Below are positions 55,925 to 64,000 of a stretch of 64,000 nt of DNA, in pieces. The stretch's first letter is position 1; every line of letters begins with the position of its first letter. The translations under genes and the position numbers were made by a program. The stretch is taken from positions 24,289 through 88,288 of the forward strand of contig JBDHAB010000008.1 in the NCBI GenBank assembly GCA_039588295.1. Direction: 5' to 3'. Origin of the DNA: Gemmatimonadota bacterium. Lineage in GTDB: Bacteria; Gemmatimonadota; Gemmatimonadetes; Gemmatimonadales; GWC2-71-9. The notes under the pieces were generated by a model. It did not search any database, was not told the origin of the DNA, and was given only the letters and a program-made list of their open reading frames with translations.

Positions 55925-56368
55925 TCAGGCGAACTCCGCACGATCCACCATTCTGACGCCTTGGGCCAGCGTCTTATGCACCGGACAGCGCTCGACGATT
56001 TGCGCGAGACGCTTCCGCTGCGCCTCGTCGAAGTCTCCCGCAATACGCACGTGAGAGCTGATCTGCTCGATCAGTCCTTTGCGCGGTTCTTCGCAGTCCT
56101 CGCAGTCCTTGGCGTGAATGCGATCGAATTCGTAAGTGGCGGTGACCGACTTGAGTGGAATCCCCTTATGACGGCAATACAGGGCGAGTGTGATCAGGGT
56201 GCAGGAGGCCAACGCCCCCATCAGCAGCTCGTACGGCGTTGGCCCTGTGTCGTCACCGCCGGCATCGGTGGGCTCGTCGGCGCTCCAGGTGTGACGGCCG
56301 TTTGAGATTGCGACCTGGGTGCCGCTCGTGAGTTCGGCAGTGATTCTCGGCATACCTTCTCCTTGCAC
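55925..56368 (-). CDS. OsmC/Ohr-family peroxiredoxin-like protein
   Basis: GP.PYELL..ALASC......YC..K and ...RCPV..TL, the two-Cys OsmC pattern. Confidence 0.85.
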   Translation of the reverse strand: MQGEGMPRITAELTSGTQVAISNGRHTWSADEPTDAGGDDTGPTPYELLMGALASCTLITLALYCRHKGIPLKSVTATYEFDRIHAKDCEDCEEPRKGLIEQISSHVRIAGDFDEAQRKRLAQIVERCPVHKTLAQGVRMVDRAEFA

Positions 56369-56404
56369 CGTGCGCCGCCATGAGGCGGCGTCCGAAAGGG
56401 TCGT

Positions 56405-57166
56405 TTACAGTACCGCGTCCAGGAAGGTCACAATTGCGGCCCCGGCCTGCTCGGCATGCGACTGCCGGACGAACAGGTGATCGGCATGGGGAATGGCAGC
56501 GAACCACCGTGGCTGCCGGGCCGCCTGAAAGATTCGCTCTCCCTCGGTTATCGGAACCACGGTGTCTGCGGTTCCGTGCACCACCATGAGCGGACGCCCC
56601 AGTTCGGCGATCCGTTCGGGTGAGCTGTGTCGTTCGAGATCGCGAAAGAAATCTGCAGAGATGGTAAACTCGCGGCCCGCGATCCGGACCGTTGCCTCCC
56701 CCGACGCCAGCGCGCGCTCGACGTCGTCGTTGGTGAAGAGATGTCGCACATGAGCAGGGCTGAACGGAGCGGCGATCGCGACGGCAGCCTTGACTTCCGG
56801 CACGTTCCCCGCCGCAAGCAGGGTGGCGGCGCCCCCGAGTGAGTGGCCCACCAGCGCGCACGCGCCGAAACCTCGCGTGTTCATGTACTGGGCGGCGGCC
56901 TCGATATCGGCGATGTTGGAGGAAACACCGGTGTTCGAGAAATTCCCTTCGCTGTCGCCCAACCCGGTGAAATCGAATCGAAGCACCGCGTACCCCCCCG
57001 CCTCGATGCCGGTCGCGAGATACCTCGTGACCTTGAGCGACTTCGAGCACGTGAAGCAATGTGCCAACACCACGCCGCCGCGGGGCTGGTCATCGGGAAG
57101 ATGCAGAGTGCCCGACAACGTGTCGCTCGAACCTTCGAAGGTGATACGTTCGTGAATGTGGGCCAT
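56405..57166 (-). CDS. alpha/beta-fold hydrolase
   Basis: Nucleophile elbow GHSLGG. HCFTC oxyanion region, VVHGTAD and H near the C-terminus complete the triad contexts. Confidence 0.85.
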   Translation of the reverse strand: MAHIHERITFEGSSDTLSGTLHLPDDQPRGGVVLAHCFTCSKSLKVTRYLATGIEAGGYAVLRFDFTGLGDSEGNFSNTGVSSNIADIEAAAQYMNTRGFGACALVGHSLGGAATLLAAGNVPEVKAAVAIAAPFSPAHVRHLFTNDDVERALASGEATVRIAGREFTISADFFRDLERHSSPERIAELGRPLMVVHGTADTVVPITEGERIFQAARQPRWFAAIPHADHLFVRQSHAEQAGAAIVTFLDAVL

Positions 57167-57196
57167 GCAGGAGTGGGTTCTCAGACCGACACCGGT

Positions 57197-57556
57197 TCAC
57201 CTAAACAGCGACAGATTGTCCGACAGCATCGTGTACGCGTTGGGCGAGATCGTGTCCTTGAGTGCGGTCCCCACGACCGCACACAACTCATCGACCCGGG
57301 CCTTCTCGAAGCCTGCAATGGTGACGATGCGGCGCACAGCGCCTGGCGTCGCCATCGCCAACATCTCGCCCGTGCCTCCACCTTGGAACGGCGCCTTGAG
57401 CATCCACGCACCGGACTCGGGAAAGGCTGTTGCAATCTCCGAAAACGTGCGCATGTCGACTGCCATGCGGATGGCGAGAAACAGTGAGCCGAGCCCGCGG
57501 GCTGCCTGTTCCTCGTCACAGCTGAACTGCTCCATCACGGTTTCGATCAGGTTCAC
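57197..57556 (-). CDS. hypothetical protein (possibly DUF2780-like), 119 aa
   Basis: ATG ORF with GC3-rich codons. LGSLF..... and GF.....L......L patterns loosely recall DUF2780. Assignment is weak. Confidence 0.45.
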   Translation of the reverse strand: MNLIETVMEQFSCDEEQAARGLGSLFLAIRMAVDMRTFSEIATAFPESGAWMLKAPFQGGGTGEMLAMATPGAVRRIVTIAGFEKARVDELCAVVGTALKDTISPNAYTMLSDNLSLFR

Positions 57557-57565
57557 GAAATGCTC

Positions 57566-58633
57566 CTAGCAGATGATGCCGCCGCCCAAGAGTCGGGGCC
57601 CGTCGTACAGGACGCCCGACTGGCCCGGTGTGATCGCACGGACCGGCTCCGCCAGTTCGAGTCTCACGCCGCCGTGCGACACCGCCGCATCAGCCACTCG
57701 GGCGGGGACGGGTCGGGACCGGTACCGCACTTGAATATGGCACATGGCGCCCGCCTGCAAGGGGTCGCTGAGCCAGTTCATCTCCTCCAGTGTCACACCG
57801 TGACCGAACAACTCATCCCCGGTTCCGACGATCACCGCCCGTTCCTCGGGATCGATCGCAACGACGAACATCGGCTCCGGGAATCCACCCGGCAGGCGTC
57901 GCCGCTGGCCGATCGTGTAACGGGCATACCCGGCGTGTCGTCCGACGGTGATGCCCGCCGTGGTTCTGATGGGGCCAGGTGAGAGGGCCGGGTCATCGTG
58001 CGACAGGTGCTGCTCCAGCACCGCCACATAGTCGCCATCCGGGACGAAGCAGATCTCGACGGACTCCTGCTTTTCCGCCGTCACCAAGCCGAGTCGACGG
58101 GCGATGGCGCGTGTCTCCGTCTTGGTGAGCTCACCCACCGGTGTCAGCATAAACGGTAGGACTGAGCGGTCGATGCCCCAAAGAAAATATGTCTGGTCCT
58201 TTCCACGGTCCTTGCCGCGGAACAGACTGCCGTCGCGCGTGATGGCGTAGTGACCGGTTGCGACAAACTCGCAGTCGAGTACCTCGGCGTGGTCGCGCAG
58301 GTCGCGGAACTTGGTGAACGTATTGCAGCGCACGCAGGGAATCGGCGTTCGTCCCCGCGCATACTCCGCAACGAAGTCCTCGATGACACTCACCCGGAAC
58401 TGATCTTCGAGGTCGAGCACGTAGTGCGGGATGCCGAGTCCGTGAGCGACCGACGCGGCATCGTTGATCGAATCCAGAGAACAACACGGTCGATCGGGAA
58501 CGGTCTCACCGTAGCAGAAAAGCTTCATGGTGGCGCCGATGACGTCGTACCCCGCCTCCACGAGAAGTGCCGCAGCCACTGAGCTGTCGACGCCGCCCGA
58601 CATCGCGACCAGCACACGGCCCGTGGCGGTCAT
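57566..58633 (-). CDS. mnmA: tRNA 2-thiouridine(34) synthase
   Basis: PP-loop [16 protein letters not shown] catalytic Cys, [18 protein letters not shown] at 58633 forms an ATGA overlap with the desulfurase stop. The ORF-track extension to 59362 is antisense junk. Confidence 0.93.
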   Translation of the reverse strand: MTATGRVLVAMSGGVDSSVAAALLVEAGYDVIGATMKLFCYGETVPDRPCCSLDSINDAASVAHGLGIPHYVLDLEDQFRVSVIEDFVAEYARGRTPIPCVRCNTFTKFRDLRDHAEVLDCEFVATGHYAITRDGSLFRGKDRGKDQTYFLWGIDRSVLPFMLTPVGELTKTETRAIARRLGLVTAEKQESVEICFVPDGDYVAVLEQHLSHDDPALSPGPIRTTAGITVGRHAGYARYTIGQRRRLPGGFPEPMFVVAIDPEERAVIVGTGDELFGHGVTLEEMNWLSDPLQAGAMCHIQVRYRSRPVPARVADAAVSHGGVRLELAEPVRAITPGQSGVLYDGPRLLGGGIIC

Positions 58634-59832
58634 GGCCGTCCTCCGCCGGTCAGCCTCGTCGAGAGCCGTCGGGCGTTCGAGACAATCGCGGGCAGTACCT
58701 CGATCACTCGGTGGATGTCCTCCAGCCGGCTCTCCCGCGAGAATGAGAATCGGAGGGAGGCGCCAGCGAGGTCGTTCGGGACTCCCATGGCGGTCAGGAC
58801 ATGCGACGGCGCTGCCGCACCCGTATTGCATGCGGATCCGGAGGAACAGGCCACCCCGGCCTGATCCAGTTGTGCGAGCAGCGAGCTTCCCTCGGCTCCG
58901 GGGATGGAAACGTTGCTGATGTGGGGCGCTCGCCGCACCGTCGCGGCGTTGACCTGCAGATCCGGCACGTTGTCCACGAGCCGCCGCTCCAGCTGCCCGC
59001 GGAGCTCCTCGAGCGAGTGCGTGACGGTGGGGAGTTCCTGCACGGCCAGCTCCACCGCCACCGCCAGCCCAACGGCTCCAGCGACGTTCTCCGTTCCGGG
59101 ACGAAGTCCCCCCTGCTGCCCCCCGCCGTGCAGCAGCGGCTCGAGGACGTCGCGGTCTCGCACGATCAGCGCGCCGATGCCCTTTGGCGCTCCGATCTTG
59201 TGTCCTGAGATGGCGAGCAAGGAGATGGGACCTGCGGACATCGTGCAGGCCACCTTCCCGACTGCCTGCACGGCATCGGTGTGAAACGCCGAGCCTGCGG
59301 TTGACGCAAGATGCGCGAGTCGGCTCACGTCCTGGACGACGCCGGTTTCGTTGTTGACCCACATGACGCTCAGCAGGGCCAGCCCCTCTTCGAGCGCGGC
59401 GCCAGCGGCCGCAACGTCGATGCCCCCCGAGGGTCCAACCGGCAGGACACGAACCTCTCCGCCGAGGTGCTCGACCGCCCGCGCCGCATCCAACACCGCT
59501 TTGTGTTCAGACGCGGCCACACTCACGCGAAACGGGCGACCCGTGCTACGGGCGCGCAGTGCGGTACCGAGCACCGCGAGATTGTCCGCCTCGGTGCCCC
59601 CCGAGGTGAATACCACCATACCGGGTTCTGCCTCGAGTGCCGTCGCAATGCGGCGGCGGGCATCCTCGAGCGCCGCCCGGGCGGTTCGGCCAAACCGGTG
59701 GCTCGAACTCGGGTTGCCGAACGTCTCGTCACCGAGGAACGGCGCCATGGCTTGGCGCACCTCTGCGCGTACCGCAGTCGTAGCGGCGTGATCGAGGTAG
59801 ACCAACGGTTCGTTGCTGCGCTTGGAAGACAT
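58630..59832 (-). CDS. cysteine desulfurase (NifS/IscS/YrvO class)
   Basis: [20 protein letters not shown]-Lys [14 protein letters not shown], active-site SSGSACN. Confidence 0.92.
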   Translation of the reverse strand: MSSKRSNEPLVYLDHAATTAVRAEVRQAMAPFLGDETFGNPSSSHRFGRTARAALEDARRRIATALEAEPGMVVFTSGGTEADNLAVLGTALRARSTGRPFRVSVAASEHKAVLDAARAVEHLGGEVRVLPVGPSGGIDVAAAGAALEEGLALLSVMWVNNETGVVQDVSRLAHLASTAGSAFHTDAVQAVGKVACTMSAGPISLLAISGHKIGAPKGIGALIVRDRDVLEPLLHGGGQQGGLRPGTENVAGAVGLAVAVELAVQELPTVTHSLEELRGQLERRLVDNVPDLQVNAATVRRAPHISNVSIPGAEGSSLLAQLDQAGVACSSGSACNTGAAAPSHVLTAMGVPNDLAGASLRFSFSRESRLEDIHRVIEVLPAIVSNARRLSTRLTGGGRP

Positions 59833-59947
59833 TTGAACCGAGAAACCTAGGCTGGATCGGACCGCGGATCAAACCGACGCATGCATGCCGAGCGCGATTC
59901 CCGCCGCCTTCGTGCCCTGCTTCCTTCTCCCTGACGGGCTCCCTTGT

Positions 59948-60670
59948 TCACATCGACCGCACGCCCATCGCGACCACGTCGTCGATGCGCACCGTCTCGT
60001 GCGTGAGGTAGGGCTCACCGTAAGCGGTGCGAATGAGGCTCCCGTACCGGGCGCAGTGCATCCGCACATTCTCGTAGATATCGCCGCCGGCCGGGAAGAT
60101 CTCACCCGCCGCCATCTTTCCGTCGAACTGCGACACGTAGCAGCGGATGGCTTCCATCTTTGCCTCGAGTTCTTCGGTGATGTCGACAACAAAGGACGGC
60201 TTCACGGCGTCTTCGCGGTAGGCGAGGGTGTAGAGGATCTTCTCCGGTCGATGGGGCTCGCCGGCCGCCGCGTAGTTGCGCAATCCCGCGAGGTACGACG
60301 CATCGCGCCCCAGTTCGGAAGCGATGCGGTGGTCCGGGTGCCGTCCGATGGGGTAGGGAAGGATCACGACGCGGGGTTGAAACCGCCGAATCAGCTCGAC
60401 CACGGTCCGGCGAGTCACATCGGTGTTGTGCACCCCGGCGTCGGGGAGTCCCGCGTTGACCCGCGAGACCACGCCGAGGACCTCGGCGGCGGCATCGGCC
60501 TCTCGACTGCGCACACTCTTGCTACCGTGCGTGCCGGTCTCCCCACCGGTGAGGTCGACGATCGCGGTGCGGTGGCCCCGCCGCGCGGCCTTCACAAGCG
60601 TCCCGCCACAGGTGAGCTCGACGTCGTCGGGATGCGCACCGATTGCCAAGAGATCACAGCGATCTGTCAT
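59948..60670 (-). CDS. bshB1: PIG-L/LmbE-family N-acetylglucosaminyl deacetylase, BshB1-like
   Basis: LAIGAHPDDVE..CGGT..K....G......DLT.G, HPDH, and later blocks align well with B. subtilis BshB1 as I recall it. ATG at 60670. Confidence 0.8.
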   Translation of the reverse strand: MTDRCDLLAIGAHPDDVELTCGGTLVKAARRGHRTAIVDLTGGETGTHGSKSVRSREADAAAEVLGVVSRVNAGLPDAGVHNTDVTRRTVVELIRRFQPRVVILPYPIGRHPDHRIASELGRDASYLAGLRNYAAAGEPHRPEKILYTLAYREDAVKPSFVVDITEELEAKMEAIRCYVSQFDGKMAAGEIFPAGGDIYENVRMHCARYGSLIRTAYGEPYLTHETVRIDDVVAMGVRSM

Positions 60671-60704
60671 GTCGTCTCCCACGTTGCGCCGTTGCCTCGG
60701 GGAC

Positions 60705-61970
60705 TCACTCGTACCGCAGGGCTTCGACCGGATCCAGTCGGGCCGCGCGGCTCGCCGGCAGGAGGCCGAAGAGCAGGCCAATCCCGACGGACACCCCAGT
60801 GGCCACGACGGCGCTCCAGATAGGGACGCCGGTCTCGAAGCCGAGGACACGCTTCAGTACTTCTCCGGCCCCGAGCCCGACGGCGATCCCCGCGGCCCCG
60901 CCCACCAGTGTGAGGGTCGCCGCCTCGATCAGGAACTGCCACAGGATCTCCCGCCGTGTCGCACCGACCGCCTTTCGCACGCCAATCTCCCGTGTCCGAC
61001 TCGTCACCGAGACCATCATGATCGCCATCACGCCGATGCCGCCGACCATGAGCGCCACGCTGGAAAGAACGATCATCACGAGGAAGAACACGCCCGTCAA
61101 GCGGTTGAAGATGTCGAGGATCTGGTCCGATGTGATCATATCGAACGTATTCGGATCGCCGGGGCGCAGGCCGCGCATCTTACGCAGCTGGAGGGTAGCG
61201 GCGTCCATGGCATCGGGAACGGTGATTCCCTCTCGTGGCTTGACCAGGATGACGAGGCTGTTCGTTTCGTCGTAGCGAAACTGCCGACGGGCCGCCTCGA
61301 ACGGTACGATTGCCGAAATCTCCTGCCCTGGAGGTTGAAAGATATTCTCCGGTTTCTGATACACGCCGACTACCCGGAACGCGCGTCCGCCGACGCGCAT
61401 CACGCGTCCCATCGGGTTGATCTGACCGAACACGTTGTCGACGGCCTCTTGTTCGAGGATCACGACCGGTGTACCGGCGCGTATCTCCGTGGGGGTGAAC
61501 GTGCGTCCGGCCAGGATCCCACCGCCCAAGACCTCCATGAAGCGATCGTCTGCGCCATAGACCACCGTCAACTGCGAGCGCACCCCCTGGTACTCCAAGC
61601 GCTCGTACACGCCGACCCAGATGGCGGAGTAGTGGACTTCCGGCAGCTCTTCGATCGCGTCGGCCTCATCCTCCTGGAGAACCGGGCGGATGCGTACCTC
61701 TTTGGGAAGGGCATCCGGGTTGAGAGGAGTCGAGGACAGGAATCGCAGAATGCGGAACGTCGTCGGGCCAACCACTTCGAGCGAATTGAATATCTGTCCT
61801 CTGATTCCCTGAACGATCGAGGCCATGGCCATTACGGTGGCGACCCCGATGACAATGCCCAGAATCGTGAGCGCCGACCGCAGCTTCTGAGACCGGATCG
61901 CGCCCACCGCCATGCCCGCGCCTTCGGCGAGGTTCGGGAACCTCATGCGAGCGTGCTCCACGCGGTGCAA
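60705..61970 (-). CDS. MacB/FtsX-type ABC transporter permease (MacB periplasmic domain + FtsX)
   Basis: LRSALTILGIVIGVATV N-terminal helix, large periplasmic domain, REIGVRKAVGATRREILWQFL.EA, C-terminal AARLDPVEALRYE. A likely alternative start is 61946. Confidence 0.85.
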   Translation of the reverse strand: MHRVEHARMRFPNLAEGAGMAVGAIRSQKLRSALTILGIVIGVATVMAMASIVQGIRGQIFNSLEVVGPTTFRILRFLSSTPLNPDALPKEVRIRPVLQEDEADAIEELPEVHYSAIWVGVYERLEYQGVRSQLTVVYGADDRFMEVLGGGILAGRTFTPTEIRAGTPVVILEQEAVDNVFGQINPMGRVMRVGGRAFRVVGVYQKPENIFQPPGQEISAIVPFEAARRQFRYDETNSLVILVKPREGITVPDAMDAATLQLRKMRGLRPGDPNTFDMITSDQILDIFNRLTGVFFLVMIVLSSVALMVGGIGVMAIMMVSVTSRTREIGVRKAVGATRREILWQFLIEAATLTLVGGAAGIAVGLGAGEVLKRVLGFETGVPIWSAVVATGVSVGIGLLFGLLPASRAARLDPVEALRYE

Positions 61971-61985
61971 GGCATGACGTTTAGC

Positions 61986-63230
61986 TCACTCGAACCGTAG
62001 CGCGACGATCGGGTCCAGGCGGGCGGCCCGCCGGGCGGGATAGACGCCGAACACGATGCCCACGCTCGTTCCCAGCATCAACGCTACCCCTACCGCCCAC
62101 CAGGTGACGCGACTCGGGAGTGGAGACACGAGGGCAACCAGTCCTGCGAGCGCCCAGCCTGCGAGGATCCCCAGCACCCCTCCAAGCGTGGCGAGGCAAA
62201 TCGATTCGAGGAGAAACTGTCGTCGAATGTCCGACCGTCGAGCGCCGACGGATTTGCGAATGCCGATCTCTCGGGTGCGCTCGCCGACGCTCATGAGCAT
62301 GATGTTCATGATCACGATACCGCCCACGATAATGCCGATCGCGACGACAGCCGGCACCACGGTGAAGATGATTCGGGTGAGGCTCTGCCAGAAGCTGATG
62401 AGGCCTTCCGCGGTGTCGACCGTGAAATCATTGGCCTCACCGGGGCGCAACCGACGGGCGACGCGCATCGCCTCCTCGGCGCGGGCCATGGCTCCCGCCA
62501 CCTGACGGGCCTCCAACATCTTCACAGAGATCACCGTCGTCTGACGGCGCCCGTACATCGCTTCGAACAGCGTGATGGGCAGGAGCACAAATCCGTCCCA
62601 GGACTGGCCCAACACGCTGCCCTTCTTCGCCACAACCCCTTTGACCGTGACCTGGTGGCCGCGGACCCGAATCTTGCGTCCCACGGCGAATTCGAGATCG
62701 TCGAAGAGCTTGTCGGCAATGTCGAATCCAAGCACGACCACGGCCCGCCGTTCGCCGACGTCGGTGTCGGTCATCGCCTCACCCGCGATGATCTCGTAAT
62801 CCTGCACCACCTGATACCCGGCGGTGGCGCCAAAGACCAGCGCGTCGCCGACCGTTCGGTTGCGCCAAGTGACGTCGCTCAGCGGCGTGGGCCAGCCTGA
62901 GAGCAGCGCCACGGCCTGCGCGTCGGGCACCGCGCGGGCCACGAAGTCCGCTTCCTCGGGCCGGATGATGGGACGACGCTGCAGCTCGCGCCACTCCTCA
63001 TCGTCGATGAACCCGACCTGGATCGGTTCTCGACGGACCTGAAACGCGTTGCGTCCCACAATGGCCCCGGCGAGGTTCTCGCGTACGTATGCGTTCATGC
63101 CCTGAATGATTGCCACGACCGCGACGAGGAACGCGACCGAGACGATGATGCCGAGCAGGGTGAAGAACGACCGCAGCTTGTGCGCTGCGATCTCGCGGAG
63201 CGCCAGCCGGAGACCTTCCAGGGTCGGCAT
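61986..63230 (-). CDS. MacB/FtsX-type ABC transporter permease (paralogue 2)
   Basis: HKLRSFFTLLGIIVSVAFLV, REIGIRKSVGARRSDIRRQFLLES, AARLDPIVALRFE. Confidence 0.85.
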   Translation of the reverse strand: MPTLEGLRLALREIAAHKLRSFFTLLGIIVSVAFLVAVVAIIQGMNAYVRENLAGAIVGRNAFQVRREPIQVGFIDDEEWRELQRRPIIRPEEADFVARAVPDAQAVALLSGWPTPLSDVTWRNRTVGDALVFGATAGYQVVQDYEIIAGEAMTDTDVGERRAVVVLGFDIADKLFDDLEFAVGRKIRVRGHQVTVKGVVAKKGSVLGQSWDGFVLLPITLFEAMYGRRQTTVISVKMLEARQVAGAMARAEEAMRVARRLRPGEANDFTVDTAEGLISFWQSLTRIIFTVVPAVVAIGIIVGGIVIMNIMLMSVGERTREIGIRKSVGARRSDIRRQFLLESICLATLGGVLGILAGWALAGLVALVSPLPSRVTWWAVGVALMLGTSVGIVFGVYPARRAARLDPIVALRFE

Positions 63231-63310
63231 GGTTGCAAATCTACACCGTCAAGCGTTGGGAGGGCCGTGTCGGTGCCGCGGAGGAGGAGGAGCTGCTGTT
63301 GGAGCGCGCC

Positions 63311-64000
63311 CTACTCGTACCGCAACGCCTCCACCGGATCTAACCGTGCGGCCCGTGCGGCCGGATAGAGGCCGAACGCTACCCCCGTGAGGATCGACAT
63401 CCCCAGAGCCGCGATCACCGAATAGAGCGGGACCTTGGCCGGGAGCGGTGTCGCGTTGGCGACGACGACGCTGATCGCCCCGCCCAGGAGCATGCCGATG
63501 ACGCCACCGATGAGCGTCAATGTGGCCGCTTCCACCAGGAACTGCCAGAGGATCTCGCGCCGCCGGGCGCCTAGCGCCTTGCGGACACCGATCTCACGGG
63601 TTCGCTCGGTGACCGAGATCATCATGATCGCGACGACGCCCACGCCACCGACCATGAGGCCAACCGACGACAGTGCGATCATTACCAGGAAGAACATTCC
63701 CGTCACTTGATTCCAACTGTCGAGGAGCTTGTCCTGCGTCACGATCGCGAAGTTGTTGTCCTCGCCGGGACGCAATTGACGGCTTGCCCTCAGCGTCGCC
63801 GTGATCTCATCGATGGCATACTGCACGGTCACCGTGTCGGCCGGCGAGACCAGGAAGTCCATCCAGCCTCGCCAATAGTCCACGTACTTCTGGAAGGTCT
63901 TGTGCGGAATGACGGCTTCCGGCCGGTTGCCCTCGCCGAAGATGTCGGGCGGGGGCACGTACACGCCCACCACCTCGTAGGGAACGCCGCCGATCTTGAT
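63311..64000 (-). CDS. MacB/FtsX-type ABC transporter permease (paralogue 3; N-terminus beyond window end)
   Basis: REIGVRKALGARRREILWQFLVEA, AARLDPVEALRYE. The reading frame stays open to nt 64000, so the internal Met at 63973 is not the start. Confidence 0.8.
   Translation of the reverse strand: MKIGGVPYEVVGVYVPPPDIFGEGNRPEAVIPHKTFQKYVDYWRGWMDFLVSPADTVTVQYAIDEITATLRASRQLRPGEDNNFAIVTQDKLLDSWNQVTGMFFLVMIALSSVGLMVGGVGVVAIMMISVTERTREIGVRKALGARRREILWQFLVEAATLTLIGGVIGMLLGGAISVVVANATPLPAKVPLYSVIAALGMSILTGVAFGLYPAARAARLDPVEALRYE

Noticed and set aside
1-64000. CRISPR arrays, tRNA/rRNA genes, IS elements, integrases, long direct or inverted repeats
   Set aside because: By visual scanning I saw no regularly spaced repeats and no cloverleaf-compatible sequence in any intergenic gap (T-loop-like GGTTCGA strings occur only inside CDS). 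I also saw no transposase/integrase motifs. This is not an exhaustive computation.

Overview
Visibly GC-rich (roughly two-thirds G+C by eye, not computed), very densely packed bacterial chromosomal segment. I call about 62 protein genes, one small RNA (4.5S-type SRP RNA upstream of dnaX) and two decayed genes. Gene content suggests a Gemmatimonadota-like (FCB-group) organism: a GWxTD-type protein, zinc-ribbon Ser/Thr kinases with PEGA/TonB-C tails, mglBA, pyruvoyl arginine decarboxylase, class I aldolase and a BshB1-like deacetylase. This taxonomy is inference only. Most of the window is housekeeping: priA, nrdJ, ispG, pyk, trkAH, ffs-dnaX-ybaB-recR, grpE-dnaJ, pgsA, cinA, mnmA plus a cysteine desulfurase, murQ-anmK, ggt, fba, pdaD-speB, and an OpuC-like ABC importer. 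I found no transposase, integrase, CRISPR array, prophage block or recognisable defence gene, so I cannot point to a clear-cut new system. The best candidates for a second look follow. (1) A four-gene, translationally coupled phospho-signalling module on the minus strand (Zn-ribbon/2xFHA, Zn-ribbon Ser/Thr kinase, PP2C, FHA-TM-coiled-coil-trypsin-like protease) at 14.6-19.6 kb, with a second kinase fused to PEGA and TonB-C domains nearby. (2) A coupled pair of ~90-aa proteins, the second a ubiquitin-like beta-grasp lacking a Gly-Gly end (1.76-2.3 kb). (3) An MglA GTPase with a ~30-aa insertion. (4) Two gene remnants: a gamma-carbonic-anhydrase-like fragment upstream of nrdJ, and an HDAC-family gene with an internal out-of-frame deletion. 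(5) A canonical sirtuin coupled by a 4-nt overlap to pyruvate kinase. (6) Three tandem MacB/FtsX-type permease paralogues at the window end. The many long ORFs on the opposite strand of real genes are treated as GC-driven shadow ORFs. All homology statements come from motif recognition by eye. No database search was run.
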